IMG/VR virus record: IMGVR_UViG_3300023184_004051
Span: 44,671-108,670 of that record
DNA length: 64,000 nucleotides
Direction: 5' to 3' (one strand)
Source: a virus
In this document: positions 19,969 through 31,407 of the stretch, in pieces
Numbering within the stretch: the first letter of the stretch is position 1
Layout: each line of letters begins with the position of its first letter
Translations under genes and position numbers: made by a program
The notes under the pieces: model-generated
What the model saw: only the letters and a program-made list of their open reading frames with translations
Told to the model about the DNA's origin: nothing
Databases searched by the model: none

Positions 19969-22900
19969 TACCTCATACACCGCAGCGCCATCTCTGGTTG
20001 CCACGAACACCACCAACAAACCGACTATCACGACGAATACAAAACTCAACATCACCTCGCCGTGGCTCGCCTCAGGAAACGCCGGTCAACCGGACATTTC
20101 CACCACTTTGTCTGCAACTGCTTTGGAAGGCGCTTCGACGCTCTCGATTGTCTCAGGTGAAAACTTCCCCACCTCCTATCCGAGCGTGTTCCAAAGTGGC
20201 ATCACCTACCTCCCACCGAGCATTGGCCGCTTGGCAGGCTCAGTCATTTCCGGCACGAATGTCATCCCGTTCGTTGCTGATAATGAACTGCCGACCCAAG
20301 CCCCTACCTTCGTGCGCTTAGGTAGTGAAATCCTCCAAGTGTTGAGTTTTGGCAATGTGACGGTTGGAGCCACAAACTACAGTTGCCTCAACACGGCAAC
20401 AAACACGGCTTCAGCACACCCGGACTTCACGCCCATCCACCTGAACTCGCTGCCGACCAACACGCAATACACGAGCATCACAGTTCCGCATTTTTACCTC
20501 GCAGATGTGAGTGCAACCGGAACGATGTCGGGAACGAGCAATACCATCACCACCGCCGCTTTGCCAGCAACCCTCGGCAAGGGGCAAACGATTACGACGG
20601 CAACAGGCGGAACAACCTACCTGCCTTCGGGAACGACGGTTGTGGACTATTCCACTAACTCGGGTCTCATCACGCTTTCCAATGCGTTCAGCACAGCCGC
20701 AGCAGGCATCACTTTCGTCAATGCGGCGAACTTTACAGCAAATATGAACCCTGTGATGTTGTCATCTATCGCCTCAGTGACAAGCCCTGCCGGTGGCACA
20801 CACACCATAATGTCCAGCCTTCCAAACATCGGTTCGGTGATGACCGGAACGGGTATGGCATCACCTACTTACATTGCCGCCATTGACACGACAAACTTGC
20901 GCCTTCAGGTTTCAGCAAACCCGACCTCGTATGGAACGACTGTTGCGCTCACTTCGACGCTCACTTTCACCTGTAGCACCGTTTCTGGTAGCAAAATCCT
21001 GACCATCAAGAACATCACCGTCAACGGAACTTCATATCCAAAAGTCGGCTCGACCAACCCAACTTGGAACGGGAGGTCGCTCGCTTCCTACATCAAGGTT
21101 GGCGCTCCTATCACCACTACGACTGGCGGTGGCATCGCTGCAAAGTATGTGACTGCAATCAACCCAAGCACGGGTCAGGTCACGATTTCAGCAAACGCAA
21201 CCGCAACTGTGGCTACGGCAACAGTCACCTCGGCAATCACGATGACTGCCAACACAGGGCGTTCGGTCAATGTCGTCAACAACGCAAGTAGTGAAATCAA
21301 CAAAATCATCGCTGCGGGAAGTTCATTCTCGGACACCGCAGGTGTGACTACCTACATCGCTGCTGGCACGACAATCACCAAAACCCTCGCCGTCAGTTCT
21401 ACCCAAACTGAACTCACGATGTCTGCTCCATCTGGCACAACGGGTGCGTGGGCAGGTCGTGTGGCTCAACTTTCCACCACTTTCACGGGGACATCAAGTT
21501 TTTCCAACCAAATCACGGGAGTCGTCAACGCCTCCACCCTGTATCAAGTCGGCTCGGCGGTCTATGGGAACCAATACATCCCTGATAACACCACCATTAC
21601 GGGTATTTCGGGAACGACGCTTACTCTCTCCAACGCTTTGACCAACGGTTTCACCACTTACACGGGGCAAACCTTCAAGGTGAGTAGCAGCCTGAGTATT
21701 GGAAAAACCTATTCAAGCCTGCCGGTGACACCACTTCCTTGTTCAATCCCCGTCGGCACGACGCTCTACCTGTCTTTTGGAAACTATGTCCAAAACTTGA
21801 CGGTCACCTCACTCGGAAGTGCGGGCGACACAACCCTGTCGGTCACGGCGTTCCAACCTCGCTACAACTTTTCCACTACCTCTTACTCCTATGGCGTTGC
21901 CGTCGGCTTGACGGGTGGGTATGGCTATGGAGCAAGCATCACCACCGGCCTGAACGCCGACCTCTACACAGGTCAAGTCATCTTGCTTCAGGCGAACAAC
22001 AGCACGGATTTGACCACTCCTGTCACAGTCAAGTCGTACACTCGGATGACTTCACGAACCATTGAGACAATGCCCTTCGTGTCTCCCTACGCCTATGACG
22101 GACAAAGTGTGGGCTTTTCCACCACAGCGAACTTCACGGGCGGCAGCGACCAAGTGACGAGCGTTGGGTCAACGGGCGGATTGACGATTGGGCAACAGGT
22201 TTTCAGCACTTGCCTGCCGACGACGGCTCAATGCTTCATCACGGCCATCTCTGGCACGACACTCACCATCAGCACTCCGGCCACTTCGGGTGGAACGGGT
22301 GCGACCCTTTCGGTCTACTCAAACACCTTCCTTGCATCTATCCCATTGACTTTGGATAAGGGCAAAGTGCAAGAGGTTGTCTACCCGATTTCACTACCGA
22401 CGAGCAATGGTTCGTCGTGGGACATTAGCCTCGCTAGCCAGACAACTTATCAGCACAACAACAACGCATCGCTCGTCTACTACCACTGGCCTACGCCAAT
22501 CAAGACTGGTGATGTCACTTACCGACCCGACCTTGGCAAGTTGTTGATGTGGGATGGCTTCGGTTGGAGAACAGCACGAGTCAACTCCGTGAGCGGCGTG
22601 TATTCCATTCTCGGTGCAGTTGGCGGTGGTGAAATCTCAGACATCACGCTCTACGACCCGACGACCAACAAGGAAACAGCAGCCGACACATACAAAGGCT
22701 CTCCTTCAACCAAGTATTCCACCTATCACGGTGGCAAGCGGGCGGTTGACCCCAACGGCAATGAGTGGACAGGGGCAACGATGTCCCGTATTCAGTTTCA
22801 CCTCAAAGTCAAGGTTCCTCAGGGCAAGTCGGTGGGCTTCCGCAGTCTGGCGCTCCAAAGCGAATACAAGGCAGCGCCGTCGGTCAGCAGCGTCCACTTC

Positions 22901-25900
22901 ACTCCGGGCGACAACTTTGAGATTTCACCTTTCTACACGGGCAACTCCGTATTTTGGTACTACTCAGATTTGGAAAAGGAACCCCAGACCGGATGGCAGG
23001 TGAACATCTATGACGACTACACCTACAACCGACCTGACTTTGACCCTGACAATGCGGCGATTGTTCCGTTTTGGAAAGCGTCGGGTGCTGATGACACGAC
23101 AGATGTAGAAATCACGGGCGCTCACGGGTGGGTCAATGGTGAACGCTATTGGGCGTTTGTCCGTGTTGCCAAGCAGTTTCACCAAAAGCAATGGTGGGGG
23201 GATTGGAACTCTCAGCGTTTCATCGTTTCGGTTGACCAACCTGCAAGACCGATTATGTCCATCTACACGGATAGTGAAAAATCTGTCAACAAGTTGGCAA
23301 TCCAAACCACCGACAACCTTCTCGGCTTCAACAACGGCACATTCGTTCAGGGCTTGGGTCAATGGTCACGGTCAGTCAACGACACGGTTTCCAGCACCGT
23401 CACTGACCTCAATGACGGCATCCCATTGGGTGCGACATTGGCGGCAGGCAACCACATCACCTCTTTGCCTGTGGGTGCAACCGGCTTCGTCATCGTGCAG
23501 GGGGCGTTGAGCGGTACGGGAACTGGTACCTTCAAGGTTTCAGCAAGCACCGCAGGTGGGCAAGACGCACTCGGCTTCCCGCAATCAGGGCGTTTTTGGG
23601 TCACCATCGGAACCGAGAAAATCCTCGTTGAAAACAAGAACGACGGCAACAAGACCGGCGACACTTTCACTATCATCACTCGTGGCTACAAAGGCACAAC
23701 TGCCGCATCTCACGCATTGAACAGCGCAGTCTATTTTGGACTTCAGAACGATGTCTATGTTGGCTCGGTAGCGACAATCAAGTTCACGCAGCACAACACG
23801 GTTTCGTGGAACACCAAAAGCACCGCAACGGTTCGGAACTACAACGGCTACGGCGGGTCTTGGGAGAACCGAACAAGAACACCACTTTCCATCCTTTCGC
23901 AGACGCAGGGCGCTCACAAACATTCCACTGACCGTGTGATGGTCTACGACGGCGCTGGCTTGATTTCGCACGCTGATGTCGGCTCAACAGTCGTGTTGAG
24001 TTTCCGTCACTGGCACGATGCGAACAAAAAGAATGTCATTGGTCGAGATGCTCAGGGCAACCGCACGGTGAAAACAGTCAGTGTCCCTGACAAAGTTCTC
24101 ACGGGTGGCGATGTCCGTGAGGTGGAAATGAAAATCAAGGCTGTCCAAGACATCTGGGATGACACCGCACACAAAGCCATCAAAATCAACATCGGTGCGA
24201 CGGTCAACCAGATTGCAGGTGGCCCCGGCGACCCAACCAACCACATCACCATCTACCCGTGGCTCAACAAGTCGCAACAGTTTGACTTTTCCACTAACCA
24301 AGTCTGCATCTCACGGAACTACATCCCTGCTGGGCAGAAACTCACGATTTCGTCAGTCGGGTTCCGCGACCCCAATGCACCGCACAAGAATATTCCCGCC
24401 GCTTCTATGTCGGTTTACCTCACCAAAGACTGGCACCCCACCGATAAGACGCTGCACATCCGGGCAATCACCAAAGCACCCGGCTGCCAAGTCGGAAATG
24501 GCCAGTGTTTCATCATTCCAAAAAACTCGACAATCAGTTGGCAACCGCCTACGATTTTCACCTCACGCAAGGTCATCCACTTTGACGGCTCCTACCGTGA
24601 CAAGAAGGGTTTTGAGGCTCAGAAACTTCAGCCCGGAGATGGACTTTATGTTCTAAAGGGTCGCTACTTCCCCGGCAAGGCGAACACCGCAACAGGAACC
24701 CACCAAGTCACCACCGTTGTCCCTCACACAAAGAGGGTTGATGTTGACAGCACCCAAGCCTTCGTCGTGGACTTCCTCGTTCAGCCGACCATCTCAACGG
24801 GTGGCGTTCTTGGAACTCTGACGGGAAGCAGTTTCACTATCGCCACAGGCGCTAGCACCCAATACAACGCCATCGCATTTTCAGCGACACCCGGCTCGAT
24901 TGCAGGTGCTTTCGCATCCACTCCGGGTCTTTCACCAAACTCAACGGTTCGTGCGGTCACGACGGTTGTTGGCGGAACCTATGCGGGCTACTACGCAGTC
25001 ACCTTCAACAACAGTTCGCTAACGCAAACCACTGTCAAAGTCCAATACACCAATGTTTCGGGAAATGCGGTTTCATCACCTACCTACACGGGCATCAACG
25101 CCACTTTCTCGCCCTCTGACATCCTAAAGATTTCAGCAGGCGCACAAAGTTTGCCGGTTCGACCCGCCATTCCAAACTTCGCTTACCAGAAGTATCTCCC
25201 CATCAAAATCACCTACCCACCCATCTATGGCGACAATGTTCTCGCAGTAGACCCGACTACGGGTTCGGGTGGCTCGGGCGACATTAGTGAAATCTCCCTC
25301 TACCCCGCAGGCTGGTCGTTCACCGACCAAAACCCTGTGAGAGTCAATGCCGGACAGACTTATGGACTTTCCGCTTACAGCAAGTTGGTTGTGGGCAATG
25401 GAACACCAACCTTTGCGCCACACATTGACTGGTACGACGAAGTGGGAAGCCTGCTGAAATCCTCGTATGGAACCGAGAGCCTGAACAACCCCGGAACCAT
25501 CAACTCGGTCACCATCGGTGTCCAAATGAACACAAGCGCAAGCCTGTGGGGTCAGGGTTGGCATCCGGTGGCAATGGTCGCAAAAGCACCAACTGTCACT
25601 CTTGGAACGGCTACTTTCACCTCAACCTCAACCTCAACGGGCAACTTCGTTATTGGGGCGCAGGCAGGTTTTTCAGCAGTCAACCTGAAGGCGGGTGCGT
25701 CGCTCGCCGGTAGTAATGGAACCACTTACACCTTGACAACGGATGTGACCGCTACAAGTTCTGGCTTCACACTTCCGGTTCGTTTTACTGCTGGAATAAC
25801 TGTGCCAAGTAGCACCGTCTTGACCATCAAATCCACTCGTGCCGTGCCGGTCTTGCGCTGGACAAATGTGAACAGCACCGATGCGTATGGCGTGTCGGGC

Positions 25901-27088
25901 GTGTTGTTGAAGGCTTTGGAAGCACCATCGCTCGGTAGCAACGCAACTTCGTCTACTGAAATGCCAAAACTGACGCAACCCATCACGGTTGCCGATAACA
26001 ATGTCAACAACGCATTTCCAATCCCCTCAACCACGCCGATTGCCGGCCTCAACACCTTGTATGTGTTTGACCCTGTTGGTGATTATGGAACTTATGAACT
26101 GCACTCCGGCGGAACGATTGACACGCTTTGGACTAGCAGCGTCGGTGCGGTGGCGATTGGAACCACCCAAGTCACGTTGAACTCGGTTGAAGGTCTTGCT
26201 CCGGGCGTTGCGCTGATTTTCCAATATGGCGGCGACAATCAAGAAACTGTGTATGTGGACAGTTCGTGGGCGGGCGGTGCGATTGTGCCGATTGCCGCTC
26301 CGTATTTCACTAGGACTCATCCGAAGGGAAGCCGCGTTTACTCCTACACGGCTGGATTGGCAAGCGAAGTCATCACCACCCAAGCAACCAACACGCCGGT
26401 TGCCGTGTTCAACTACGGGCCAGATGGCTACATCGCCTCAGACAAGAACACCTACTACTACACGGTGCAAAAGTCGGAGGATGAAGGTCTGACTTGGACA
26501 ACTCTGCGTCACGGAGATGCGGTGAAATCCAACGACACCGGGGTGGCTTACATCACGGACTACGAGGCAGTTGCAGGAGTCACCACCTACTACAGGGCGA
26601 AGGCAACTCACTATGTTCCACCAGACCCCTCTAATCCTGATTACACGGTCACGGGGCCGCCAAGTGTGCAACTCGCTGCCAATGTCATCACCAATAGCAA
26701 CTGGTGGCTTACAAGCACGAGCAACACTTCCTTGCGCTTCCCTCTGCTAGTGAAAACCGGCTACTCAGAAACGCAGCGCCACCCATCCGGCGTGTTCTAC
26801 CCTCTTGGCTCGTCACGACCAATCACCACGGCTGGCGTTCCGACAGGTCGAGATGGCAGTATTACTGTGACTTGGATTGACGACAGCACCTTCCAAGACT
26901 TCCTTGACTTGCTGAATAAGGGCGAAACGCTAGTGTTGGTCAACCCAGTAGAGAGTGACCGCAAATACATTTTCATCAACCAAGACATCAGCATCACTCA
27001 CAATGCCGCCGCAAACCCTTGGCGTGAAATCAGCATCAACTATGTCGAGGCAGCGCCGCCCGGTTTTGGATACACCTATGGGAGTTAG
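19961..27088 (+). CDS. Very large minor tail / adhesin-like protein
   Basis: 2375 aa, Thr-rich beta modules; C-terminal DYEA..GV...YRA region resembles actinophage tail proteins. Confidence 0.7.
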   Translation: MANTSYTAAPSLVATNTTNKPTITTNTKLNITSPWLASGNAGQPDISTTLSATALEGASTLSIVSGENFPTSYPSVFQSGITYLPPSIGRLAGSVISGTNVIPFVADNELPTQAPTFVRLGSEILQVLSFGNVTVGATNYSCLNTATNTASAHPDFTPIHLNSLPTNTQYTSITVPHFYLADVSATGTMSGTSNTITTAALPATLGKGQTITTATGGTTYLPSGTTVVDYSTNSGLITLSNAFSTAAAGITFVNAANFTANMNPVMLSSIASVTSPAGGTHTIMSSLPNIGSVMTGTGMASPTYIAAIDTTNLRLQVSANPTSYGTTVALTSTLTFTCSTVSGSKILTIKNITVNGTSYPKVGSTNPTWNGRSLASYIKVGAPITTTTGGGIAAKYVTAINPSTGQVTISANATATVATATVTSAITMTANTGRSVNVVNNASSEINKIIAAGSSFSDTAGVTTYIAAGTTITKTLAVSSTQTELTMSAPSGTTGAWAGRVAQLSTTFTGTSSFSNQITGVVNASTLYQVGSAVYGNQYIPDNTTITGISGTTLTLSNALTNGFTTYTGQTFKVSSSLSIGKTYSSLPVTPLPCSIPVGTTLYLSFGNYVQNLTVTSLGSAGDTTLSVTAFQPRYNFSTTSYSYGVAVGLTGGYGYGASITTGLNADLYTGQVILLQANNSTDLTTPVTVKSYTRMTSRTIETMPFVSPYAYDGQSVGFSTTANFTGGSDQVTSVGSTGGLTIGQQVFSTCLPTTAQCFITAISGTTLTISTPATSGGTGATLSVYSNTFLASIPLTLDKGKVQEVVYPISLPTSNGSSWDISLASQTTYQHNNNASLVYYHWPTPIKTGDVTYRPDLGKLLMWDGFGWRTARVNSVSGVYSILGAVGGGEISDITLYDPTTNKETAADTYKGSPSTKYSTYHGGKRAVDPNGNEWTGATMSRIQFHLKVKVPQGKSVGFRSLALQSEYKAAPSVSSVHFTPGDNFEISPFYTGNSVFWYYSDLEKEPQTGWQVNIYDDYTYNRPDFDPDNAAIVPFWKASGADDTTDVEITGAHGWVNGERYWAFVRVAKQFHQKQWWGDWNSQRFIVSVDQPARPIMSIYTDSEKSVNKLAIQTTDNLLGFNNGTFVQGLGQWSRSVNDTVSSTVTDLNDGIPLGATLAAGNHITSLPVGATGFVIVQGALSGTGTGTFKVSASTAGGQDALGFPQSGRFWVTIGTEKILVENKNDGNKTGDTFTIITRGYKGTTAASHALNSAVYFGLQNDVYVGSVATIKFTQHNTVSWNTKSTATVRNYNGYGGSWENRTRTPLSILSQTQGAHKHSTDRVMVYDGAGLISHADVGSTVVLSFRHWHDANKKNVIGRDAQGNRTVKTVSVPDKVLTGGDVREVEMKIKAVQDIWDDTAHKAIKINIGATVNQIAGGPGDPTNHITIYPWLNKSQQFDFSTNQVCISRNYIPAGQKLTISSVGFRDPNAPHKNIPAASMSVYLTKDWHPTDKTLHIRAITKAPGCQVGNGQCFIIPKNSTISWQPPTIFTSRKVIHFDGSYRDKKGFEAQKLQPGDGLYVLKGRYFPGKANTATGTHQVTTVVPHTKRVDVDSTQAFVVDFLVQPTISTGGVLGTLTGSSFTIATGASTQYNAIAFSATPGSIAGAFASTPGLSPNSTVRAVTTVVGGTYAGYYAVTFNNSSLTQTTVKVQYTNVSGNAVSSPTYTGINATFSPSDILKISAGAQSLPVRPAIPNFAYQKYLPIKITYPPIYGDNVLAVDPTTGSGGSGDISEISLYPAGWSFTDQNPVRVNAGQTYGLSAYSKLVVGNGTPTFAPHIDWYDEVGSLLKSSYGTESLNNPGTINSVTIGVQMNTSASLWGQGWHPVAMVAKAPTVTLGTATFTSTSTSTGNFVIGAQAGFSAVNLKAGASLAGSNGTTYTLTTDVTATSSGFTLPVRFTAGITVPSSTVLTIKSTRAVPVLRWTNVNSTDAYGVSGVLLKALEAPSLGSNATSSTEMPKLTQPITVADNNVNNAFPIPSTTPIAGLNTLYVFDPVGDYGTYELHSGGTIDTLWTSSVGAVAIGTTQVTLNSVEGLAPGVALIFQYGGDNQETVYVDSSWAGGAIVPIAAPYFTRTHPKGSRVYSYTAGLASEVITTQATNTPVAVFNYGPDGYIASDKNTYYYTVQKSEDEGLTWTTLRHGDAVKSNDTGVAYITDYEAVAGVTTYYRAKATHYVPPDPSNPDYTVTGPPSVQLAANVITNSNWWLTSTSNTSLRFPLLVKTGYSETQRHPSGVFYPLGSSRPITTAGVPTGRDGSITVTWIDDSTFQDFLDLLNKGETLVLVNPVESDRKYIFINQDISITHNAAANPWREISINYVEAAPPGFGYTYGS

Positions 27089-27090
27089 CC

Positions 27091-28752
27091 TTGTATCCCA
27101 CTAGTGAAAAGTTTTTGCGCTCGGTAAGCGGCTCGCACCGCCCGTTCATCGTGGTGAAAGCAAAATCCATTGACGGCTCGTTCGTCAACTTGCCGGTTGT
27201 GAGTGGAAGCGTCACCATTGACCGCACCAGTCAGGACATCCGCCGAACCTGTAGCCTCACGCTGAACAGCGTTGACCTCGTGCCGGTTTTAGCAACCGAC
27301 CCACTCAACATCTACGGCAACCACATCTATGTCTACCGAGGCGTTCTCTGGCACGCTGGTGAAATCCCATCGCAACTGTGGGATGCTCCGCCCCCGCTCA
27401 ACAAGTACCTAATGCGCTTTGATAACCTCACTTCAACAGCGCCGAAGTGGGCTTTGCAATACCAAGATGACCCTCCTTACGAACTCGTGCCGCTTGGTGT
27501 TTTTCGCATCAACGAAGCCGACACGAGCGAGGATACGGATGGAAATGTGACCATCTCCCTCAATGCTTCAGACATTTCAGCAAACATCTCCAAGAACGCT
27601 TGGACAGGGCCGGTCACGGTTTGGAATAAGCCCTACAAGGTTCCGGTGGCAAAAACCAAATCCAAAACTCAGGCCCTTCCTGAAGTCACCTATGTGGCAA
27701 CGGGTGTGCAGGAAGCCATCAAGTTGCTCATCAACGACAGGTGGGGCAACCGCAAGTCAACCTTTGGTGAACCACGCTTTGAGTTTGGAGGCGTTGCCAA
27801 CAAGCCGCTTACGAAGCCCGTCGTGATGGGTTCTAATACGGTTTCCACTAGCGGAAGCAACTCCCCGTGGACTGACATCACGGGCCTTGCGGCAGCCATC
27901 GGTGCTGAACTCTTTGTGGATAACGAAGGCGCATTTCGTCTGCAAGCAATCCCTGACCCCAATACGATTTCACCTGTCTGGGACTATTTTGACGGGGAAG
28001 GCGGTCTACTGACGAACGCTTCTCGCAAACTCAATGACTCCAAAGCGGTCAACTATGTCATCGCAAGTGGTGAAAATACAAGTGCGAAGCAACCCCTAAA
28101 GGCCATTGCCTACGATGGCGACCCTGCATCACCAACCTATTACAAGGGCGAGTTTGGAAGGGTTGTCGGGCGTGAGAGTGGCAGAAAGAAACTCAATACG
28201 CAGGCTGAGGTTCAGCACGCCGCAGACACTTACCTGAACTGGTTTGTCGGAGGCGATGAGACAGTCAGCATCGAAGGCATCGTGAACCCCGCTTTGGATA
28301 CAGGTGATGTCATTCGTGTCCGCCGCAAGAGGATTGGCATTTACAACGCCGCAACCGTAATCACCGAACTCAACGCCGACTTTCCAAACAACGCCGAGAA
28401 CATCACGCTTAGTGAAATCGTCGTCGCTCCCCTCAAAAAGGGCTTAGCGAAGGGGCAACAACTTGTGATTTACACCACTTCGGCTTACGACACGGTTGTT
28501 CTTACCAACGCAGTCGCCACCGGCGGGACAACGCTTGCGGTTTCACCATTCCGCCCGCAGCGCCAATACCGCAAGGGAACGATTATTTTTGACCCCACCG
28601 ACCTTTCCAATGTCGGCTCGGTTCCGCACTACATTGACAGTATGACTATTCCACTAGACATAGATGCGCCAATCCAAATCACGGCTCGCGCCCGTCGAGT
28701 GGGAAGCCGCCAAGACGCTATCCGTGTTGCTGAATACAGTCAGGGCTACTAA
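27091..28752 (+). CDS. Minor tail / hub protein (DUF5047-like)
   Basis: MYPTS..F......SH, GSVT.DR....RRTC.L, VPLGVFRI, D.DP.SPTY..G.FG, NPALD.GD. Confidence 0.75.
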   Translation: MYPTSEKFLRSVSGSHRPFIVVKAKSIDGSFVNLPVVSGSVTIDRTSQDIRRTCSLTLNSVDLVPVLATDPLNIYGNHIYVYRGVLWHAGEIPSQLWDAPPPLNKYLMRFDNLTSTAPKWALQYQDDPPYELVPLGVFRINEADTSEDTDGNVTISLNASDISANISKNAWTGPVTVWNKPYKVPVAKTKSKTQALPEVTYVATGVQEAIKLLINDRWGNRKSTFGEPRFEFGGVANKPLTKPVVMGSNTVSTSGSNSPWTDITGLAAAIGAELFVDNEGAFRLQAIPDPNTISPVWDYFDGEGGLLTNASRKLNDSKAVNYVIASGENTSAKQPLKAIAYDGDPASPTYYKGEFGRVVGRESGRKKLNTQAEVQHAADTYLNWFVGGDETVSIEGIVNPALDTGDVIRVRRKRIGIYNAATVITELNADFPNNAENITLSEIVVAPLKKGLAKGQQLVIYTTSAYDTVVLTNAVATGGTTLAVSPFRPQRQYRKGTIIFDPTDLSNVGSVPHYIDSMTIPLDIDAPIQITARARRVGSRQDAIRVAEYSQGY

Positions 28753-29717
28753 TGGTTGATATGCGTGACCTCGCCAACTCTCTCGTGGCGAATGGGCAGT
28801 TTCACCTGCCCCCCAACGATGTCATCCGTATGGGAGTGGTGATTGGCTACGACCCGAACTGGGACAGCGACACCGGCTCGCACGACCATCCCTACCTCAC
28901 GGTCACAATGGCTGGCGATGACACGCCGATGCACGGAGTCCGGTTTGCTGATAACTACACGCCGAACATTGACGACACGGTTTGGATTGTCGTTTCTGGC
29001 ACAGACGCTTGGGTGATGTCCAAACTCACCGATGTTCCAAATGGCAATGGCACAGTCCGTTCACCATCCACACCCGGCGTTGCAGGACACGGTTATTCCA
29101 CTGACACGACATCCATTACAAGTAGCACGGCGACTACCTTGACCGGCTCTGGGGTCACCACAGCCCTCCTTCCAAACCGGCTTTACAAGGTGGAGGCTTC
29201 ATTTGGTTTCACCATCTCCAATGCCGATGCCACCGATGTTTTCTCGGCAACTTGGGCGAACAACTCCACAACACTTACCATCACTGGTGGCAGCACCACA
29301 GGGCTTTACGCCAATATGGGGATTGCTGGTGATGGCATCCCATCAGGCACAACCATCTTGACAGTTGGCTCGACAACCATCACGATTTCACAACAAACGA
29401 CCAAGGCGCAAAGCACCGCCACGCCCATCACGGTCACCTCGTCGCACTTCTTGTCGGTTGGGATTGTGACCCCATCCGGCTACTACGAAACAAACACCAG
29501 AACTGTGACCAACGGGGCCTACACCTCAAATGGAATGACGACTTGGGCGAACACTTCCACTAGTGGAACTTATCCCTACAACTGGACAGACACCTACCCC
29601 GATACGCAGTTCACTTGGTATCTAGCGGCAAAGGTTTCAGCAGTTGGCGGCACTCCACCCACCGCAGTTGGGGTTTTCCAAAACATCACCATTCACGACT
29701 TGGGCGTACACAGTTAG
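28752..29717 (+). CDS. Tail tip/spike-like protein
   Basis: Y.P..DD.VW pattern at the N-terminus; Thr-rich C-terminus. Confidence 0.55.
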   Translation: MVDMRDLANSLVANGQFHLPPNDVIRMGVVIGYDPNWDSDTGSHDHPYLTVTMAGDDTPMHGVRFADNYTPNIDDTVWIVVSGTDAWVMSKLTDVPNGNGTVRSPSTPGVAGHGYSTDTTSITSSTATTLTGSGVTTALLPNRLYKVEASFGFTISNADATDVFSATWANNSTTLTITGGSTTGLYANMGIAGDGIPSGTTILTVGSTTITISQQTTKAQSTATPITVTSSHFLSVGIVTPSGYYETNTRTVTNGAYTSNGMTTWANTSTSGTYPYNWTDTYPDTQFTWYLAAKVSAVGGTPPTAVGVFQNITIHDLGVHS

Positions 29718-29754
29718 AGCCTGAGTTTTGGAAACGCTGGTCTAACATCGTTGT

Positions 29755-30120
29755 ATGACCGTAGCGAGTTCACCATACATTGTCGCTGCGATAATCACCG
29801 CTATTCCCGCTACGCTCGCTGCGAGCGCAGGCTGGTATCAGGCTCACAAAGGGCGCAAAGAAAACACAGGCGACCACGCCAAAGTTGTCGCTCACCTTCA
29901 GCAGTTGGACACAAACATCCAAAGGGTAGACATCCGTGTAGAGCGGATGGATTTGCGATTTGACTCCATCGAGGATAAGGTTGAGCGCCACCTTGGATGG
30001 CATCGCTCCGAAGCAACATCAGCAAACCGCCTCAACGAGGCACTAACAAAGGAATACAAAGGTGACGAACCCGACTACCGACCCATCAGCCGAGCCGACG
30101 ACATCAGCACCGAAGGTTGA
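29755..30120 (+). CDS. Membrane-anchored coiled-coil protein (lysis-module associated)
   Basis: N-terminal TM helix, coiled coil, HL.WH motif; next to the holin. Confidence 0.5.
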   Translation: MTVASSPYIVAAIITAIPATLAASAGWYQAHKGRKENTGDHAKVVAHLQQLDTNIQRVDIRVERMDLRFDSIEDKVERHLGWHRSEATSANRLNEALTKEYKGDEPDYRPISRADDISTEG

Positions 30121-30352
30121 CCCAAAGGCAGTCCAAGCGGCGGTAGTTCGCTACGCGGTTCCCGCTCTGGTCGGCGTTGCCGTAGCCCTCGCTGCAAAGG
30201 CTGGCTTCGCCCTATCACCACAGGAAGCGTTGGGGATTGTAGCACCAATCGTCGGCACAGTCTATTCCACGCTCGCTCACATTTTGGAAGCCAAGTTCCC
30301 CGCTCTGAAGCGCGTGTTGGGGTCGCCACGCCCATCATCATTTATCAAGTAG
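30062..30352 (+). CDS. Putative holin
   Basis: Two TM segments; VRY.VP..VG...Y......LE...P.L...LG. Confidence 0.65.
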   Translation: MTNPTTDPSAEPTTSAPKVDPKAVQAAVVRYAVPALVGVAVALAAKAGFALSPQEALGIVAPIVGTVYSTLAHILEAKFPALKRVLGSPRPSSFIK

Positions 30353-30379
30353 ACTTCACCACCCATTATTGGGCATAGC

Positions 30380-30427
30380 GAAGCCCCCCGCCTGCCCGAA
30401 TAACGGGTTGGCGGGGGGTTCCGTTTT
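30380..30427. terminator. Terminator between convergent operons
   Basis: gccccccgcc...ggcggggggt stem. Confidence 0.7.
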
Positions 30428-30432
30428 GGTGA

Positions 30433-31032
30433 TTACTCAGCGACCTTGACGGTCACGGAGATGCCACCTTCGGTGTGCTGAAGCCCGTCAATCGGGGTTC
30501 CGGTTGCGGGGTCGAGAACGGTGTCGCCCGCAAAGTCAGCAACCTTCTTGATGCTGGCGATGTCGGCTTCACGCTTCACACGCACCCACTCAGAGTGACC
30601 GTTGGCATCAGCCCAAGCGAGGAACGCTTCAGCGTCAGTCACGGCGACCTTAGATGGGGTCACACGGCTCGTGGCAACACCATCGGGGAAGTCAAGCGAC
30701 TTGCGACCATCCTGCTCGTTCTGGCGAACAGCAATCAGGTATTCGGAGAGAGCGAGGTCAAAGAAATCAACCTCTCGTCCGTGAGTGACCGTGTTGCTCT
30801 CAACCCAATGGTTGATGCGGTCAATCTCAATCTTGGCTTGACGCTTCACCTCGTCAATCCGACGCTGAGCCTGAGCCAAACGACGCATTGCCCAAAGAGC
30901 CTCGTCGTCGTTGGTGATGACAAAGGTGCGCTCAGTGAGTTCACCATTTTCATCGGTGTGGTTCTCGGCAAAGCCCTCAGGCTCACCAAGAGTGGACAGG
31001 AATGTGGACAAATCCACGATGTCGTTGCTCAT
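30433..31032 (-). CDS. Mu Gam-like host-nuclease inhibitor
   Basis: F.I.ND..A.WAMRRL, KSL.FP.G....R. Confidence 0.7.
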   Translation of the reverse strand: MSNDIVDLSTFLSTLGEPEGFAENHTDENGELTERTFVITNDDEALWAMRRLAQAQRRIDEVKRQAKIEIDRINHWVESNTVTHGREVDFFDLALSEYLIAVRQNEQDGRKSLDFPDGVATSRVTPSKVAVTDAEAFLAWADANGHSEWVRVKREADIASIKKVADFAGDTVLDPATGTPIDGLQHTEGGISVTVKVAE

Positions 31033-31250
31033 CGCAACTCCCCTTTCGCTTGTGTTTCGGTAGGTTCTGACACTTGGATGGTGACCTTGCCACCCAATCC
31101 AAATGCGTCGTAGTGGGCCTCGTATTCAGCCTCAAAACGCTCGTCATAGATTTTGACTGCATCCTTCAGGATGAAGTAAGCATCATTGCTCTTGTGGGCT
31201 TCTAAGGCTTCGAGCGCCTTGTTCACCAGTTCCAATACTTCCAAGTCCAT
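31029..31250 (-). CDS. Hypothetical protein
   Basis: ORF after a TTGCAT-17-TACAGT promoter and an accgactag leader. Confidence 0.55.
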   Translation of the reverse strand: MDLEVLELVNKALEALEAHKSNDAYFILKDAVKIYDERFEAEYEAHYDAFGLGGKVTIQVSEPTETQAKGELR

Positions 31251-31378
31251 CGTTGGCCCCTGCTTTCTAGTCGGTTTCTACAACAGAAAGAACTGTAGCA
31301 CCCTCTAGTGGACAATGCAAGCCAATCACCAACATTTTTTCCAATGTCAAAACACCCTGAAAAATAAAGGGCATTGGC

Positions 31379-31407
31379 TTGACACGGGTTTAGTGACGCA
31401 TTAGTAT
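31379..31407 (+). promoter_or_regulatory. Sigma70-type promoter for the recombination/replication operon
   Basis: TTGACA-17-TAGTAT, divergent from the gam promoter. Confidence 0.6.

Noticed and set aside
29555-29568. TTCCACTAGTGGAA as a true parS site
   Set aside because: The two-base central insertion breaks parS spacing, and the phage ParB protein lacks an evident HTH. Kept only as a speculation under the octamer finding.
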